A DNA stretch of 38,441 nt from a virus (taxonomy: Duplodnaviria > Caudoviricetes): positions 1 through 38,441 of IMG/VR virus record IMGVR_UViG_3300036771_000023; one strand, written 5' to 3'. The notes beneath the pieces are model-generated. The model had not been told where the DNA came from. It saw nothing but the letters and a program-made list of their open reading frames with translations, and ran no database searches. Each line of letters begins with the position of its first letter. Within the stretch, counting starts at the first letter, position 1. Positions 18,488 through 27,497 of the stretch are shown here, piece after piece. The position numbers and the translations under genes were made by a program.

Positions 18488-18742
18488 CTACTCGCTGCTC
18501 ATCGCGCGTTGCCTCGAATGCTCCTGCACCAGAACGGTATCGATGCGGTCCTGGATCTCGGTGCGGAGCGAATGGATGGCGAGCGCCAGCATCCGGCCGC
18601 GCTCGCGGGTCGGCGGGTCGAAGTCGGCGATCGCCACCCGCGTCGCGTGCGCCTCGAGGTCGCGCAGGATCGCCTGTAGCGCCGGGTCCTCGCGCAATCG
18701 GGCGGCGTCGGATGCCGCCATGCGGGTTTCGCGGTCACTCAT
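18488..18742 (-). CDS. Small conserved protein between portal and scaffold
   Basis: 84 aa helical; A.RL.EDP.L...RER pattern. Confidence 0.65.
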   Translation of the reverse strand: MSDRETRMAASDAARLREDPALQAILRDLEAHATRVAIADFDPPTRERGRMLALAIHSLRTEIQDRIDTVLVQEHSRQRAMSSE

Positions 18743-18929
18743 CGTCTAACTCAGCATCGAGTTCGGCAAGGAGTTTCACCAGTGCTTCGCCCAACTTGCG
18801 GCCATGCTCCGCGCTTGGCAGTCGCCCCTCAGCCGCGGCAATGATGCGCACCTCAGCGTCGGCAGCGAACTGCATCACCGCGCGTCTGGTGGCGTCGGAT
18901 ACCGCCATGCGGGTTTCACGGTCGGACAT
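18704..18929. repeat. 39-bp imperfect direct repeat (18704-18742, 18891-18929)
   Basis: 34/39 identical by manual alignment. Confidence 0.85.
18735..18929 (-). CDS. Hypothetical protein sharing its N-terminus with the downstream gene
   Basis: Begins MSDRETRMAVSDA versus MSDRETRMAASDA. Confidence 0.5.
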   Translation of the reverse strand: MSDRETRMAVSDATRRAVMQFAADAEVRIIAAAEGRLPSAEHGRKLGEALVKLLAELDAELDDE

Positions 18930-18931
18930 GA

Positions 18932-19120
18932 TCAATCACCAGCATAGAGCGAGCTTACGTCCTCCAAGTCATGCACTGCCGCGATCACCGCCGCCTCTGC
19001 CGCCGCCAGGCGCTCAGTCGCAGCGATCGCCGCCGGCGCCTCCGCCGCTACCGCCTTGCGCGCCGCGCTCCACTCCCGCACCGCCGCTACCACTCGCGCC
19101 TCGTACTGAGCCAGCGTCAT
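18932..19120 (-). CDS. Hypothetical protein
   Basis: 62 aa Ala-rich helical; ATG abuts the upstream stop. Confidence 0.55.
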   Translation of the reverse strand: MTLAQYEARVVAAVREWSAARKAVAAEAPAAIAATERLAAAEAAVIAAVHDLEDVSSLYAGD

Positions 19121-19288
19121 CTACTTGCCCTTGCGGCCGCCCTGTGCGGTGGTGGTCTTGGCGGTGCTGGGCAGCGCGGCGCCGCCGCGCGCCTTGCCGG
19201 CACCGGCCGCACCGCCGGCCTGCGGCTTGTTCTGCCCGCCCGTGCTGGTGGTCTTGGTGCTCTGCGAACCTGATGCTTTCGTTACCAT
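19121..19288 (-). CDS. Small basic Gly/Thr/Lys-rich protein (not in ORF track)
   Basis: MVTKASGSQSTKTTSTGGQNKPQAGG...GGRKGK*, 55 aa; GGGAGA RBS. Confidence 0.6.
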   Translation of the reverse strand: MVTKASGSQSTKTTSTGGQNKPQAGGAAGAGKARGGAALPSTAKTTTAQGGRKGK

Positions 19289-19322
19289 ATCATGTCTCCC
19301 TGTTCACGGTCGCTGTGTGACT

Positions 19323-22118
19323 TCATGCGCCGGGGATCCCAGCTACCCCTTGGCCTCCGGGCTTGGGCAAAGCTGGCCCCGGAGCTCCGAACAAGGCGCT
19401 TCGCATCGCGGCGTTTGCGATGCCACCATAGGCTGTAGGTAAGCCACCACCCTGCAACCCGCGCTGCACCGCCATCTGGGTCGCTGGATCGACTGACCCA
19501 CGTGGTGGGGCGATCAGGTTGCTGGGCGGCATCATGGGCGCCTGGGGACGCCCTGGAGGCCCTTGCGGCATCTGCCCGGTCATCGGCCCGCCGGGAGGCT
19601 TCGGCGCCGTCTGCGGGCCTCCTACGGCCGGCGGCTGCGGCGATAGCGGCGGCGGGCTGGGCGGCAGCAACTGCACCGTTGGCGCACTGGACGCCATCGC
19701 CTGCTGGAACTCCTGGATCGACGGCAGCGGCGTGCTGTGCTGCGCGGCAATGCCCATGGTCTGCACGTAGGCCTGCAGCGCCGCCTTCTTGCGCTCCAGA
19801 TCGTCGCTGCTGAGCAGGTCGGCGCGCTTGGTCTGTTCCTCGGCCCGCTGCGCCTCAATGTCCGCCGACGTCTTCTGCCCCTGCACGTTGGCCAGGATCA
19901 GCGACGGGTCAGGCGGCGGCTGTGGGTTCGGCGGCGCCTGCCAGCCCGGAGGCAGCGGCTTGAAGTAGCTGCTCACATCCGCGATCCCCACCGTCTCCAG
20001 CATCCGCGACAGCGTGTTGCGATATTCGGGCACGCCGGCCAGCGGGTTGTTCAAGCCGCCCTGCTGCACCAGCATTTCCTGCTTGCCGGCGATCTGCGCC
20101 AGCATCGCCAGCCGTTCCATCGGGAGGCCCTTCCCCCCGACATTCACCGAGGTCTGCCACATCGTCGCCAGCGCGCGCGGGTCGATGCTGATCCACTCGC
20201 CGCGCAGCCGGATCACGTTGGGTCTATCTTGTTGTCTGGCCATCATCTTCAGAATGCCGGCATACAGCGGTGCCAGCCCGGTCTCGGCCAGCGTGCGCGC
20301 CATCATGTCGAGCCGGTCCTGCGCCGCCGAGGTCTGCTGCGACACCGCCACCGGCGTGGTGCTCTGCAACTGGTCGAGCGATAGCCCCTGGCTCGCCCGC
20401 GTGATCCCGGTGCGGTTCTCGCGCACCGCCTCGAGCACCTCCATCACCGGCAGCGCTTCCTTGCCCGCGAAAGGCTTCACCAGCTCGGTCACCGCGCCCG
20501 GCTGGGTGATGCGGATGATGCTGCCGATCGCGGTCTGCCGCACGTCCTGCAGGTTGGCCTGGCCCAGCACCACCGCGGTGCGCGGGAACATGCTCTGCCC
20601 GAGGCTGTCGAGCACCGCGCGCATCACCCGCGTCTCGGTGCGCTGGAGGTCCATCACCATGTCGGCCTGCGACGAGCCGATAATCCTGCCGGGTTCCCTG
20701 TATGGCGTGAAGCAGGCCAGCGGGATCTCGTCCGTCCGTTCCCACTGCACCAGTTCGGTCGCATTGCCGAGCATATGCACATGCAGCAACTCGGCGCGGT
20801 GGTCGTTGTCGGCGTCGCACCGGATCCAACCCTCCGCATACCGCACCAGTTGCATGCTGCGGTCGTTCGGTGCGCTGCCGCGGATGTTGTGGCCGGACGC
20901 CTCGTTGCGCGCGATCGCCTCGCGCCGCCGCAGCGGGCTCATCATGCTGTCGAGATGCCGCATCACCTTGTCTTCCGGCAGCCCCATCTCGATCAGGTCG
21001 CTGGCGGGAACATCTCTGACGTGGAAGATCCCGCGCGCGCCCTCCACCGTGTTGGCATCCGCCACCACCCACACGCATTCGGACGGCACCGCCTCGACCA
21101 CCGGCCAGTTCTGCGCCGCGTGCCGCGTCAAGGTCGCGCTCCAATACTCCGGTGCGCCGCCCTGCTGCAGATACATCGCCACTTCGGGCACCTTGGCGAG
21201 CAGCTGCAGCTCGGAGGGCTGGATCGGCCGGCGAATGATGCGCTGCGCCTCGATGCCGGGTTCCGCGAGCAAGCCCTGCAACTGCGGCAGCAGCAGGTTC
21301 TCGCACACCTCGGTGCGGGTGACCTCGCGCTTGCCCCAGTGCCACCGCGCCCAGCCGGCCTTGCGCGTCAGGGCATCGAGCAGCACGTCATGCAAGATTT
21401 GCCACCCAGAATTACAATTGAATAATGCCCATCTGCAATAATCCGTAGCTTGTCTGGCTAAGGTGGTTGCAAGTTTATCATCGCCCGTCACATCGGCGCT
21501 GATTGGCTCGAACGAAACTGGGTCTTCTACCCCAGTGAAGACGCGAAGCAGGCTTGGCAATGTTGCCCTGATGGTATCTCGCACCACAGTCAGCACCATC
21601 TGGCTGCGGCCCGGCTCCTCGTCGCCCAGCGGCCGCCCGGCGTAATACTGCGATGCGGTGATGCGTTCCCTGCTGAGATACGTGTCGTAGTTCTGCGCGA
21701 TCTTGAAATAGTAGCGTGCGATGTCGGCGATCTCAGTGTCCGGCTTGCCAAGCCGCTCATACACAAATTCTTGTTGCCAAGCCGCCGATGTCGGCACCAG
21801 CGTCGCACGCAATCCTGCGGCATACGGGCGCAACATTCCCGGCAGGCTGTCGTCGCTGTCCGGCGGCAGTGTGGTGTCCGATGGGCCTTTGCTCAGGTTG
21901 GCGAAAATCTGGTCGTGGCCTGGCGGCTGCCCGGTCGGGCGCATCAACCCTTGCAGCGGCGGCACTGGCGGCGGCTGGCTGCTCTGCCACATCGACGGCG
22001 CCAGAAGTCCGCCACCGCCAGGCTGCATCCCACCGATGCCGCCAATGCCGCCCGTTTCTGGTCCGCCTGGACGCACCGGTCCTGGCGGCAGCGGTGGCTG
22101 TATGCTGGAACCACTCAT
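19323..22118 (-). CDS. Portal protein
   Basis: YYAG...EEPGRSQ.V...VRDTI....PSLLRVF, DAL..K.G, FTPY..P....G.S.AD motifs; Pro-rich ends; probable start 22118 coupled to the HNH stop. Confidence 0.9.
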   Translation of the reverse strand: MSGSSIQPPLPPGPVRPGGPETGGIGGIGGMQPGGGGLLAPSMWQSSQPPPVPPLQGLMRPTGQPPGHDQIFANLSKGPSDTTLPPDSDDSLPGMLRPYAAGLRATLVPTSAAWQQEFVYERLGKPDTEIADIARYYFKIAQNYDTYLSRERITASQYYAGRPLGDEEPGRSQMVLTVVRDTIRATLPSLLRVFTGVEDPVSFEPISADVTGDDKLATTLARQATDYCRWALFNCNSGWQILHDVLLDALTRKAGWARWHWGKREVTRTEVCENLLLPQLQGLLAEPGIEAQRIIRRPIQPSELQLLAKVPEVAMYLQQGGAPEYWSATLTRHAAQNWPVVEAVPSECVWVVADANTVEGARGIFHVRDVPASDLIEMGLPEDKVMRHLDSMMSPLRRREAIARNEASGHNIRGSAPNDRSMQLVRYAEGWIRCDADNDHRAELLHVHMLGNATELVQWERTDEIPLACFTPYREPGRIIGSSQADMVMDLQRTETRVMRAVLDSLGQSMFPRTAVVLGQANLQDVRQTAIGSIIRITQPGAVTELVKPFAGKEALPVMEVLEAVRENRTGITRASQGLSLDQLQSTTPVAVSQQTSAAQDRLDMMARTLAETGLAPLYAGILKMMARQQDRPNVIRLRGEWISIDPRALATMWQTSVNVGGKGLPMERLAMLAQIAGKQEMLVQQGGLNNPLAGVPEYRNTLSRMLETVGIADVSSYFKPLPPGWQAPPNPQPPPDPSLILANVQGQKTSADIEAQRAEEQTKRADLLSSDDLERKKAALQAYVQTMGIAAQHSTPLPSIQEFQQAMASSAPTVQLLPPSPPPLSPQPPAVGGPQTAPKPPGGPMTGQMPQGPPGRPQAPMMPPSNLIAPPRGSVDPATQMAVQRGLQGGGLPTAYGGIANAAMRSALFGAPGPALPKPGGQGVAGIPGA

Positions 22119-22621
22119 GACGCGTTGCCCTTTCGGCGCCTGGCACGTTGGTACTCGCGCGCCCGTGTCCTGCCGCACTCTCGGCACACCCGCATGCCCG
22201 ATTTGTCTCGGAGCGTGTTCTCGGGAGTAAACTCATGTCCGCTCTGGCAATGTGTGCGAGCGCCTCGCAGCGCGGCATCAGCCAGAAACACCGCCGGCAC
22301 TTCCTTGCGCCCTCGTTCGTATGCATCGAACGCGTTCGTTGACAGCGTGCCCCAATAGAGATGCTCAGGATTCACACAGTTAGGCTGGTCGCAGTGGTGA
22401 CACGCCAGTGCCTCAACCGATGGACGCGACCGACCATGAAGCATGAGGGAGACATGAGCAGCCTTCACCATCTTGTGGCTATTCAAGCCGTTCCGAACCC
22501 TGATCTGACCGTATCCTGTGGACATCACAGTCCCATCCCACCACCAGCATCCGGTGTTCGGGCATGGCGACACATATCGCCAGAAGCGCTCGGTAACCGG
22601 CGTTGGTGTTGGCCCCTTCAT
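22115..22621 (-). CDS. Free-standing HNH homing endonuclease
   Basis: RFW..V....TGCWWWDG....GYGQ...AH..S...ACHHCDQPNCVNPEHLYWGT...N; THC..GHEFTPENT...C..C. Confidence 0.9.
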   Translation of the reverse strand: MKGPTPTPVTERFWRYVSPCPNTGCWWWDGTVMSTGYGQIRVRNGLNSHKMVKAAHVSLMLHGRSRPSVEALACHHCDQPNCVNPEHLYWGTLSTNAFDAYERGRKEVPAVFLADAALRGARTHCQSGHEFTPENTLRDKSGMRVCRECGRTRAREYQRARRRKGNAS

Positions 22622-22631
22622 CTCGTGCCGC

Positions 22632-23768
22632 TCATGGTCCGTTCCCCTGTTGGGTTGCCGCCGCGCCTAGGCCAAGGCCGAGCCCGGCGATGCCATACTT
22701 GCGCAATATCTCGATCGTCGCCGGGTCGAACACGACGTGGTTATGGCTGCCCTGTCCCGCTGCGCGCGAGCCTGCGTCCAGATACCGAATGCCGGGTATG
22801 CCGGCGTCGCGGAGCATCGTTGAACCCTCCTGCGGGTCGAAGTCCTCCATCAGCCAGCGGTGCAGATCGTGCCCGGTCGGATTGTCGAGGCTCTTGCGCT
22901 CCAACTGTTCCTCCGCGAACGGATACCAGTCGGTCTTTGCCAGCGCATCCTGCACATGCTGGGACTGTTCGGAGAGCGGCTTGTCCCAGTCGAGGAAGTG
23001 CGCCGGGTCCGCCGCGATGTTCACCTCATACATGTGGCCGGTAGGCTTCGACATATGCTGCTGAGCGATGTCGTTGACAGCGCGCATGTCAGCCTTGAGT
23101 TCGTCTGGCCACGCTCCTGCGTTAATCCGCGAGACAATTTGGTCCGATGTTTGCCCGTGGCGTATCCAATCGGTGATCAGGTCGGAAACGCTATTGGGCA
23201 TCGTCATAGATGGCCGCGCTTCGGACGCCATACCGGCGAGCCGGTCTACTGCCGCATCAGTCGGCAGCGTCTGGCCTTGGAAGTTCACGTGTTGCGGTGT
23301 GATGTTGTCCCGATACCCCTGCGCCACATCCTCATTGCCGGCGAAATACAGCCCGTGGCCATACGCCTGCGCGCCCTCACCGCTGCCGATCTTGGAGGCG
23401 TCGAACGCATCGAAGCTGTACGGCGAGCCATGGTACGCCTTGATGCCAGGCGCATCGCCCAGCATGCCCAGCGCGATCGTCGGCGCCAGCTCCATCGCCT
23501 GCTGCACCTGCGCGTGCGCCTGATACCGCTCCGGGCTCACGATCGGCGTCGCCTGCCGCAGCGTCTGCGTCGTCTCCGTGCCGATCGGATTGTCCGCATC
23601 CCAGCGCGGCGTCACGTTCGCCTGTGGCCCGTCCATGTAGTCGCTCACACGCCGATACAGGTCCGCCAGCGCCGCGCCCTGGTCGCTGTCCGACTGCCCA
23701 ATCCGCAGCAGCCCGGCACCGGTCTGCGCCAGCGTCTGGTCCTCGTCAGGATCGAGCAGCGAGGGCAC
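22632..23768 (-). CDS. ADP-ribosyltransferase-like protein (ART-PolyVal type)
   Basis: AYHGSP..FDAFD..KIGSGEGAQAYGHGLYFA...A..Y, MYEVNI, LDWDKPL, L...GIPGIRYLD..SR...N.VVFD motifs. Confidence 0.75.
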   Translation of the reverse strand: MPSLLDPDEDQTLAQTGAGLLRIGQSDSDQGAALADLYRRVSDYMDGPQANVTPRWDADNPIGTETTQTLRQATPIVSPERYQAHAQVQQAMELAPTIALGMLGDAPGIKAYHGSPYSFDAFDASKIGSGEGAQAYGHGLYFAGNEDVAQGYRDNITPQHVNFQGQTLPTDAAVDRLAGMASEARPSMTMPNSVSDLITDWIRHGQTSDQIVSRINAGAWPDELKADMRAVNDIAQQHMSKPTGHMYEVNIAADPAHFLDWDKPLSEQSQHVQDALAKTDWYPFAEEQLERKSLDNPTGHDLHRWLMEDFDPQEGSTMLRDAGIPGIRYLDAGSRAAGQGSHNHVVFDPATIEILRKYGIAGLGLGLGAAATQQGNGP

Positions 23769-23769
23769 C

Positions 23770-24315
23770 TCAGTTCGCCTGCCGGATCACGGCATAGGCA
23801 TGCACCAGCGTGATGGTCTCGGTGCCGACCGCGAGCTGGCCGGTAATGTTGATGTAGGTATCCTGGCTGGTATCGACTGCGGCGGTTGTATTCGCTGTCG
23901 TGCTCGACGAAAACGGGTTGAGCGAGGCGGTCCACGCGACCTGCGCATTAGCGGCGTTGTTGTTGCGGACGATCACCATGCTCTGCGCTGTCGCCGTCGC
24001 CGTTGATCCTATGGTCCCGACGACGGTCGTGCCACCAATGCCAGGAGAGACGCCAAGCCGGTGGAACAGGCTTTTGACGTTGGCACTGTTGGTGTAGCTC
24101 CACAGCGCGACCACCTCCACCACGCCGTTCTTGCCCATGCTATTCGCTGGTATCTTCAGCGACGCCAGATTGGTCTCGGCCGTCGTCCCGGTCACCGACG
24201 CCTGCCCGGTGGTGGCAACGACGCGGCTGCTGCCCCCGCCATAAAACGCGATGTCCGCCTCCGCCGACTGCGACAGCAGCCCCAGCAGTGCCGCCAGCGC
24301 TGCCCAGCGCTTCAT
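23770..24315 (-). CDS. Hypothetical protein with Sec signal peptide
   Basis: MKRWAALAALLGLLSQSAEA|D; AGGAG RBS; Thr/Ser/Asn beta-rich mature part. Confidence 0.65.
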   Translation of the reverse strand: MKRWAALAALLGLLSQSAEADIAFYGGGSSRVVATTGQASVTGTTAETNLASLKIPANSMGKNGVVEVVALWSYTNSANVKSLFHRLGVSPGIGGTTVVGTIGSTATATAQSMVIVRNNNAANAQVAWTASLNPFSSSTTANTTAAVDTSQDTYINITGQLAVGTETITLVHAYAVIRQAN

Positions 24316-24677
24316 CGAGAGAACTCCTGGGCGGTGAACGCCGCGCCCTGTGTGGCGCTCCACACGCTGATCCGCCCGGTCGGCACCGTGGCCGGACACC
24401 GATACAGCGACCCGCCCGGCAGCCACCACGAGCCCGCGCCGTTCGACGCCGTGCCGTCGATCGCCACCCACAGGTCAGTGCCGCCGAGCGCCTGGATCTC
24501 GCAGCCGACCCGCCTGCTGTTCGGCGCCAGCACCTGCTGCGAGGTCGACGCCGATGCGATCGTGCCGCTGGCATTGGTGGTAGCGCCACCGCCCGCAATG
24601 CTGCCAGTGCCCGACTGTGCCAGCGCCGTGGCCGGCAGCAACAGCGCAGTCGTCAATACAATCGCACATACACGCAT
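24312..24677 (-). CDS. Hypothetical protein with Sec signal peptide
   Basis: MRVCAIVLTTALLLPATALA|Q; GGAGG RBS; small beta-sandwich-like domain. Confidence 0.65.
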   Translation of the reverse strand: MRVCAIVLTTALLLPATALAQSGTGSIAGGGATTNASGTIASASTSQQVLAPNSRRVGCEIQALGGTDLWVAIDGTASNGAGSWWLPGGSLYRCPATVPTGRISVWSATQGAAFTAQEFSR

Positions 24678-24697
24678 AACCGCCTCCATCACCAGCA

Positions 24698-24871
24698 TCA
24701 GATGCGCCCGAGCAGCAGCAGCACCAGCAGGATCACCACGATCAGGCCGATGCCGCCGATGCCATAGCCATATGCGGGATAGCTGCCGTAGTAGCCGCCG
24801 CGATAGCCACCGTAGCCACCAACCAACATTAGAACGATCAGCACGACTACGATCAGAGCGATTGGACTCAT
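24698..24871 (-). CDS. Small two-helix membrane protein (DUF3309-like; not in ORF track)
   Basis: MSPIALIVVVLIVLMLVGGYGGYRGGYYGSYPAYGYGIGGIGLIVVILLVLLLLGRI*. Confidence 0.75.
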   Translation of the reverse strand: MSPIALIVVVLIVLMLVGGYGGYRGGYYGSYPAYGYGIGGIGLIVVILLVLLLLGRI

Positions 24872-24873
24872 CG

Positions 24874-26334
24874 CTAGTACTCCATCCCAGATATCCTAGG
24901 CCGTAGCGGCGCTTGTGCATACAATCCAGCATCCGACTGGCTGCTGACCATCATCCCAGCCTCAGCCAGCGTCAGCAGGAACGCATCGGCGCGATCCGGC
25001 GAAGCCAGCCCACGCGCCCGCATCTGCTGCTTGCTCTCGATCTGCACCCGGCCGTCCGACGTGTAGGTGTAGCGCGGCGCCACCAAGTCATCGCGTAGCT
25101 GCTCATCGCGCGGAAGCCGGCACATGCGCGACGCCAGCCACTCACGGCCGCGGCCCCACAGTTCATCGCGCAGGCGCACATAGCGCCCGGTCGTGCTCGG
25201 TGCCTCGCCGACGTTCACGGCCAGGATCGGCACGCCCTGTTCCATCAGCCGGTCGGCGACACCAGCACCGATGCCGATCGCATCGATCGCGATTAGTGCC
25301 GGCTTGTTGTTCGCCATCAGGTCGTATTCGTGCTTCACCGCACCGGCCAGCATCATGGTGTCGAACTGGCGCCATACCCTAGGCGGCTCCGTAACCACAT
25401 AGCCTCGCCGCTTGATGAGCACCGACGAGTCATCGCCAAATCGCGCAACATCCAGGCCCCATATCTCTGACTTCGTGAGGTCCAGCGTGACGTCGCGCTG
25501 CATCGCCTGGTCGACCAGCTCGCCGGCAATGAACGTGTCCGAATCGGCCTCGGGGAACTCGCCCAGAACACGCACACGATAGGCGGTGCTGTTGAGCCCA
25601 TACCTTTGCGCGTGCTCATCGACGAACTCCTTGGTGACGCGCGGGCTGTCGAGGCCCGACACCTTCATGGTGAACCAGCGCCCGCGCTCGGTGGCGTGTG
25701 TCCTCCAGAAAAAACCCGTGCTCCGCGTCGGATTGCCGATCAGGATCGTGGTCGCACCCGCCGACGACATGCTGCCAGCCGCGGCTTCAAACACCGGCTC
25801 GGCGATGCCCGACGCCTCGTCGCACACCAGCAGCACGTTGGCGGAATGGACGCCCTGCATGCTCTCGGGCGTCTCCGGTCGGCTGGTGCGCGCGGTGATG
25901 AACGACTCTGGATCAGCTTTTAGTTTCATATGGTCCGATGTGATGTCCCACAGCGCCTGCCACGCGGGCGGCAGCGTCTTGTGCCACTTGAGCAGCTCTG
26001 GCCATAACACGTCGAACAACTGCGGCGATGTCGGCGCTGTAGCAACGCACTTGAACGGAACGCCGTGGGTGTTGCTGAACCACACCAGCGCCCATGCGGC
26101 GAACGCACTCTTGCCGGTGCCATGGCCGCTGCGGATGCTGATGCGCGTGTGGCCGTTGCCCAGCGCGCGCAGTGCCTGGAGCTGCCACGCATCCGGTTGC
26201 ACCTTCAACACCTCGCGCACGAACGCCACGGGTGCGCGGCCGTAGCGTGCTGCGGCGGTGGCGAACGGGTTGGTGGAGGCGCCGATCGCCTCGCCCCAGT
26301 CAAACGCTTCATCGGGGTGCGCGAGGGTCAGCAT
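24874..26334 (-). CDS. terL: Terminase large subunit
   Basis: PDAWQ, SIRSGHGTGKS Walker A, VCDEASG Walker B, IGNPTR, WGLDVARFGDD, SPDRADA nuclease motifs; probable start MLTLAH at 26334. Confidence 0.95.
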   Translation of the reverse strand: MLTLAHPDEAFDWGEAIGASTNPFATAAARYGRAPVAFVREVLKVQPDAWQLQALRALGNGHTRISIRSGHGTGKSAFAAWALVWFSNTHGVPFKCVATAPTSPQLFDVLWPELLKWHKTLPPAWQALWDITSDHMKLKADPESFITARTSRPETPESMQGVHSANVLLVCDEASGIAEPVFEAAAGSMSSAGATTILIGNPTRSTGFFWRTHATERGRWFTMKVSGLDSPRVTKEFVDEHAQRYGLNSTAYRVRVLGEFPEADSDTFIAGELVDQAMQRDVTLDLTKSEIWGLDVARFGDDSSVLIKRRGYVVTEPPRVWRQFDTMMLAGAVKHEYDLMANNKPALIAIDAIGIGAGVADRLMEQGVPILAVNVGEAPSTTGRYVRLRDELWGRGREWLASRMCRLPRDEQLRDDLVAPRYTYTSDGRVQIESKQQMRARGLASPDRADAFLLTLAEAGMMVSSQSDAGLYAQAPLRPRISGMEY

Positions 26335-26618
26335 CGTGGCGCCTGCCGCGCAGCGATAAACCGCACCAGCGCCAGCGGCACCAGTGCCTTCCGCTCTCTG
26401 TCGCAGATCTGCCCGCGCCCGAGAGAACGCCTGTTCGGGTATAAATCCAACGAGGCAGACCGAACCAACGTGCCCGACCACTCGTCCACGAATTTGCCGA
26501 TCGCGAGGCAGACTGTGCTGGAATGCTTCATGCCCATCGAGCGAGCAATATCGATCTGCTTCTGGCCGCCCGCCCAGGCGGCCGCGCAATAGGCGCCATC
26601 TTCCATGCTAAGCGTCAT
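26328..26618 (-). CDS. Hypothetical HTH-like protein between terS and terL
   Basis: ATGA-coupled to terS; GQKQIDIARSMGMKHSSTV resembles an HTH. Confidence 0.5.
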   Translation of the reverse strand: MTLSMEDGAYCAAAWAGGQKQIDIARSMGMKHSSTVCLAIGKFVDEWSGTLVRSASLDLYPNRRSLGRGQICDRERKALVPLALVRFIAARQAPRC

Positions 26619-27061
26619 TCGGTCGCCGGCTCCATCAGATTGCGTGTAGATACGTTCGTATTGTCGCCTGTAGTTTCACGTGAAACGGCATTGCCGTCGA
26701 TGGTGCGCGATGCTGCGAGTTCATCACTGAACGCACGCATGGCAGTGAGGTGCAGGAACGTGATCTTCTCGCCGGTAGTTGCATCGGTAACTGTCTGCGC
26801 TGGTTTGCCGAAGCCGCGATCCCATAGCGCGATCACTGCGGCGAGCCTGATCTTTGGATCGGGATCTTCCATCAATGCTGCGGCGACTTGAACGCCACGC
26901 GGGCCATGCTCGCGGCATAACGCAGCGATGTCGACCAGCGCAGGCGGACGCCCTGCTGGATTGCCACTGACGCCAGCTTGCCACGGTCTGAGGTTTGCTG
27001 TGCCCGCCGCTATTGATCGGCTTCTGCTAGCACTAGCAGAGGCTTGCGAGCCGTTGCTCAT
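26615..27061 (-). CDS. terS: Terminase small subunit (DUF5681-like)
   Basis: NLRPWQAGVSGNPAGRP and RLAA...LWDRGFGKP.Q motifs; upstream of terL; start may be 27073. Confidence 0.7.
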   Translation of the reverse strand: MSNGSQASASASRSRSIAAGTANLRPWQAGVSGNPAGRPPALVDIAALCREHGPRGVQVAAALMEDPDPKIRLAAVIALWDRGFGKPAQTVTDATTGEKITFLHLTAMRAFSDELAASRTIDGNAVSRETTGDNTNVSTRNLMEPATE

Positions 27062-27167
27062 CTGAAAGCGCACCTACGCATGCGGTAGCAGCGCCAGCGG
27101 AGCCAGCGGACGAAGTGTGTCATCATGCGAGCCTCGCGGAAATAGTTTCGGGATGGTGAAGAAAGTG

Positions 27168-27199
27168 CTTACATCGTGAGTCACGATGGTGCATATTGT
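27168..27199 (+). promoter_or_regulatory. Putative promoter with palindromic operator
   Basis: Perfect inverted repeat CATCGTGA-G-TCACGATG (27172-27188) between CTTACA and CATATT hexamers. Confidence 0.5.
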
Positions 27200-27230
27200 G
27201 GTTATCGGAACACGCAACGGAGTAACGCAG

Positions 27231-27464
27231 ATGACCACCGAAACCCGCATCGCCGAATGGATTGCCTCGAGCCACAAGGCAGCGACCATGACACTCAGCG
27301 CCTCTCAGGCTTTCGAGCAGGCGATCCGCGACATGAGGCACGCAGGCTACCGCTTGCCGGCGGCGGTTGTACCCGGCGTTCGCGCCGGGCTGGAGGCAGA
27401 CGTCATCACCGAAATCGACCCGCTGGACGACCCGAGCTGGGTCGGCTCCAAGCACCACTACTGA
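27231..27464 (+). CDS. Hypothetical protein
   Basis: GGAG RBS; start MTTETRIAEW. Confidence 0.6.
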   Translation: MTTETRIAEWIASSHKAATMTLSASQAFEQAIRDMRHAGYRLPAAVVPGVRAGLEADVITEIDPLDDPSWVGSKHHY

Positions 27465-27497
27465 GCCGGCGGCAACGCAACGAACGGAGTAACGACG

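Noticed and set aside
15367-22621. HNH genes as group I intron or intein cargo
   Set aside because: Both lie between intact genes with their own coupled starts and stops; capsid, portal and terL are uninterrupted
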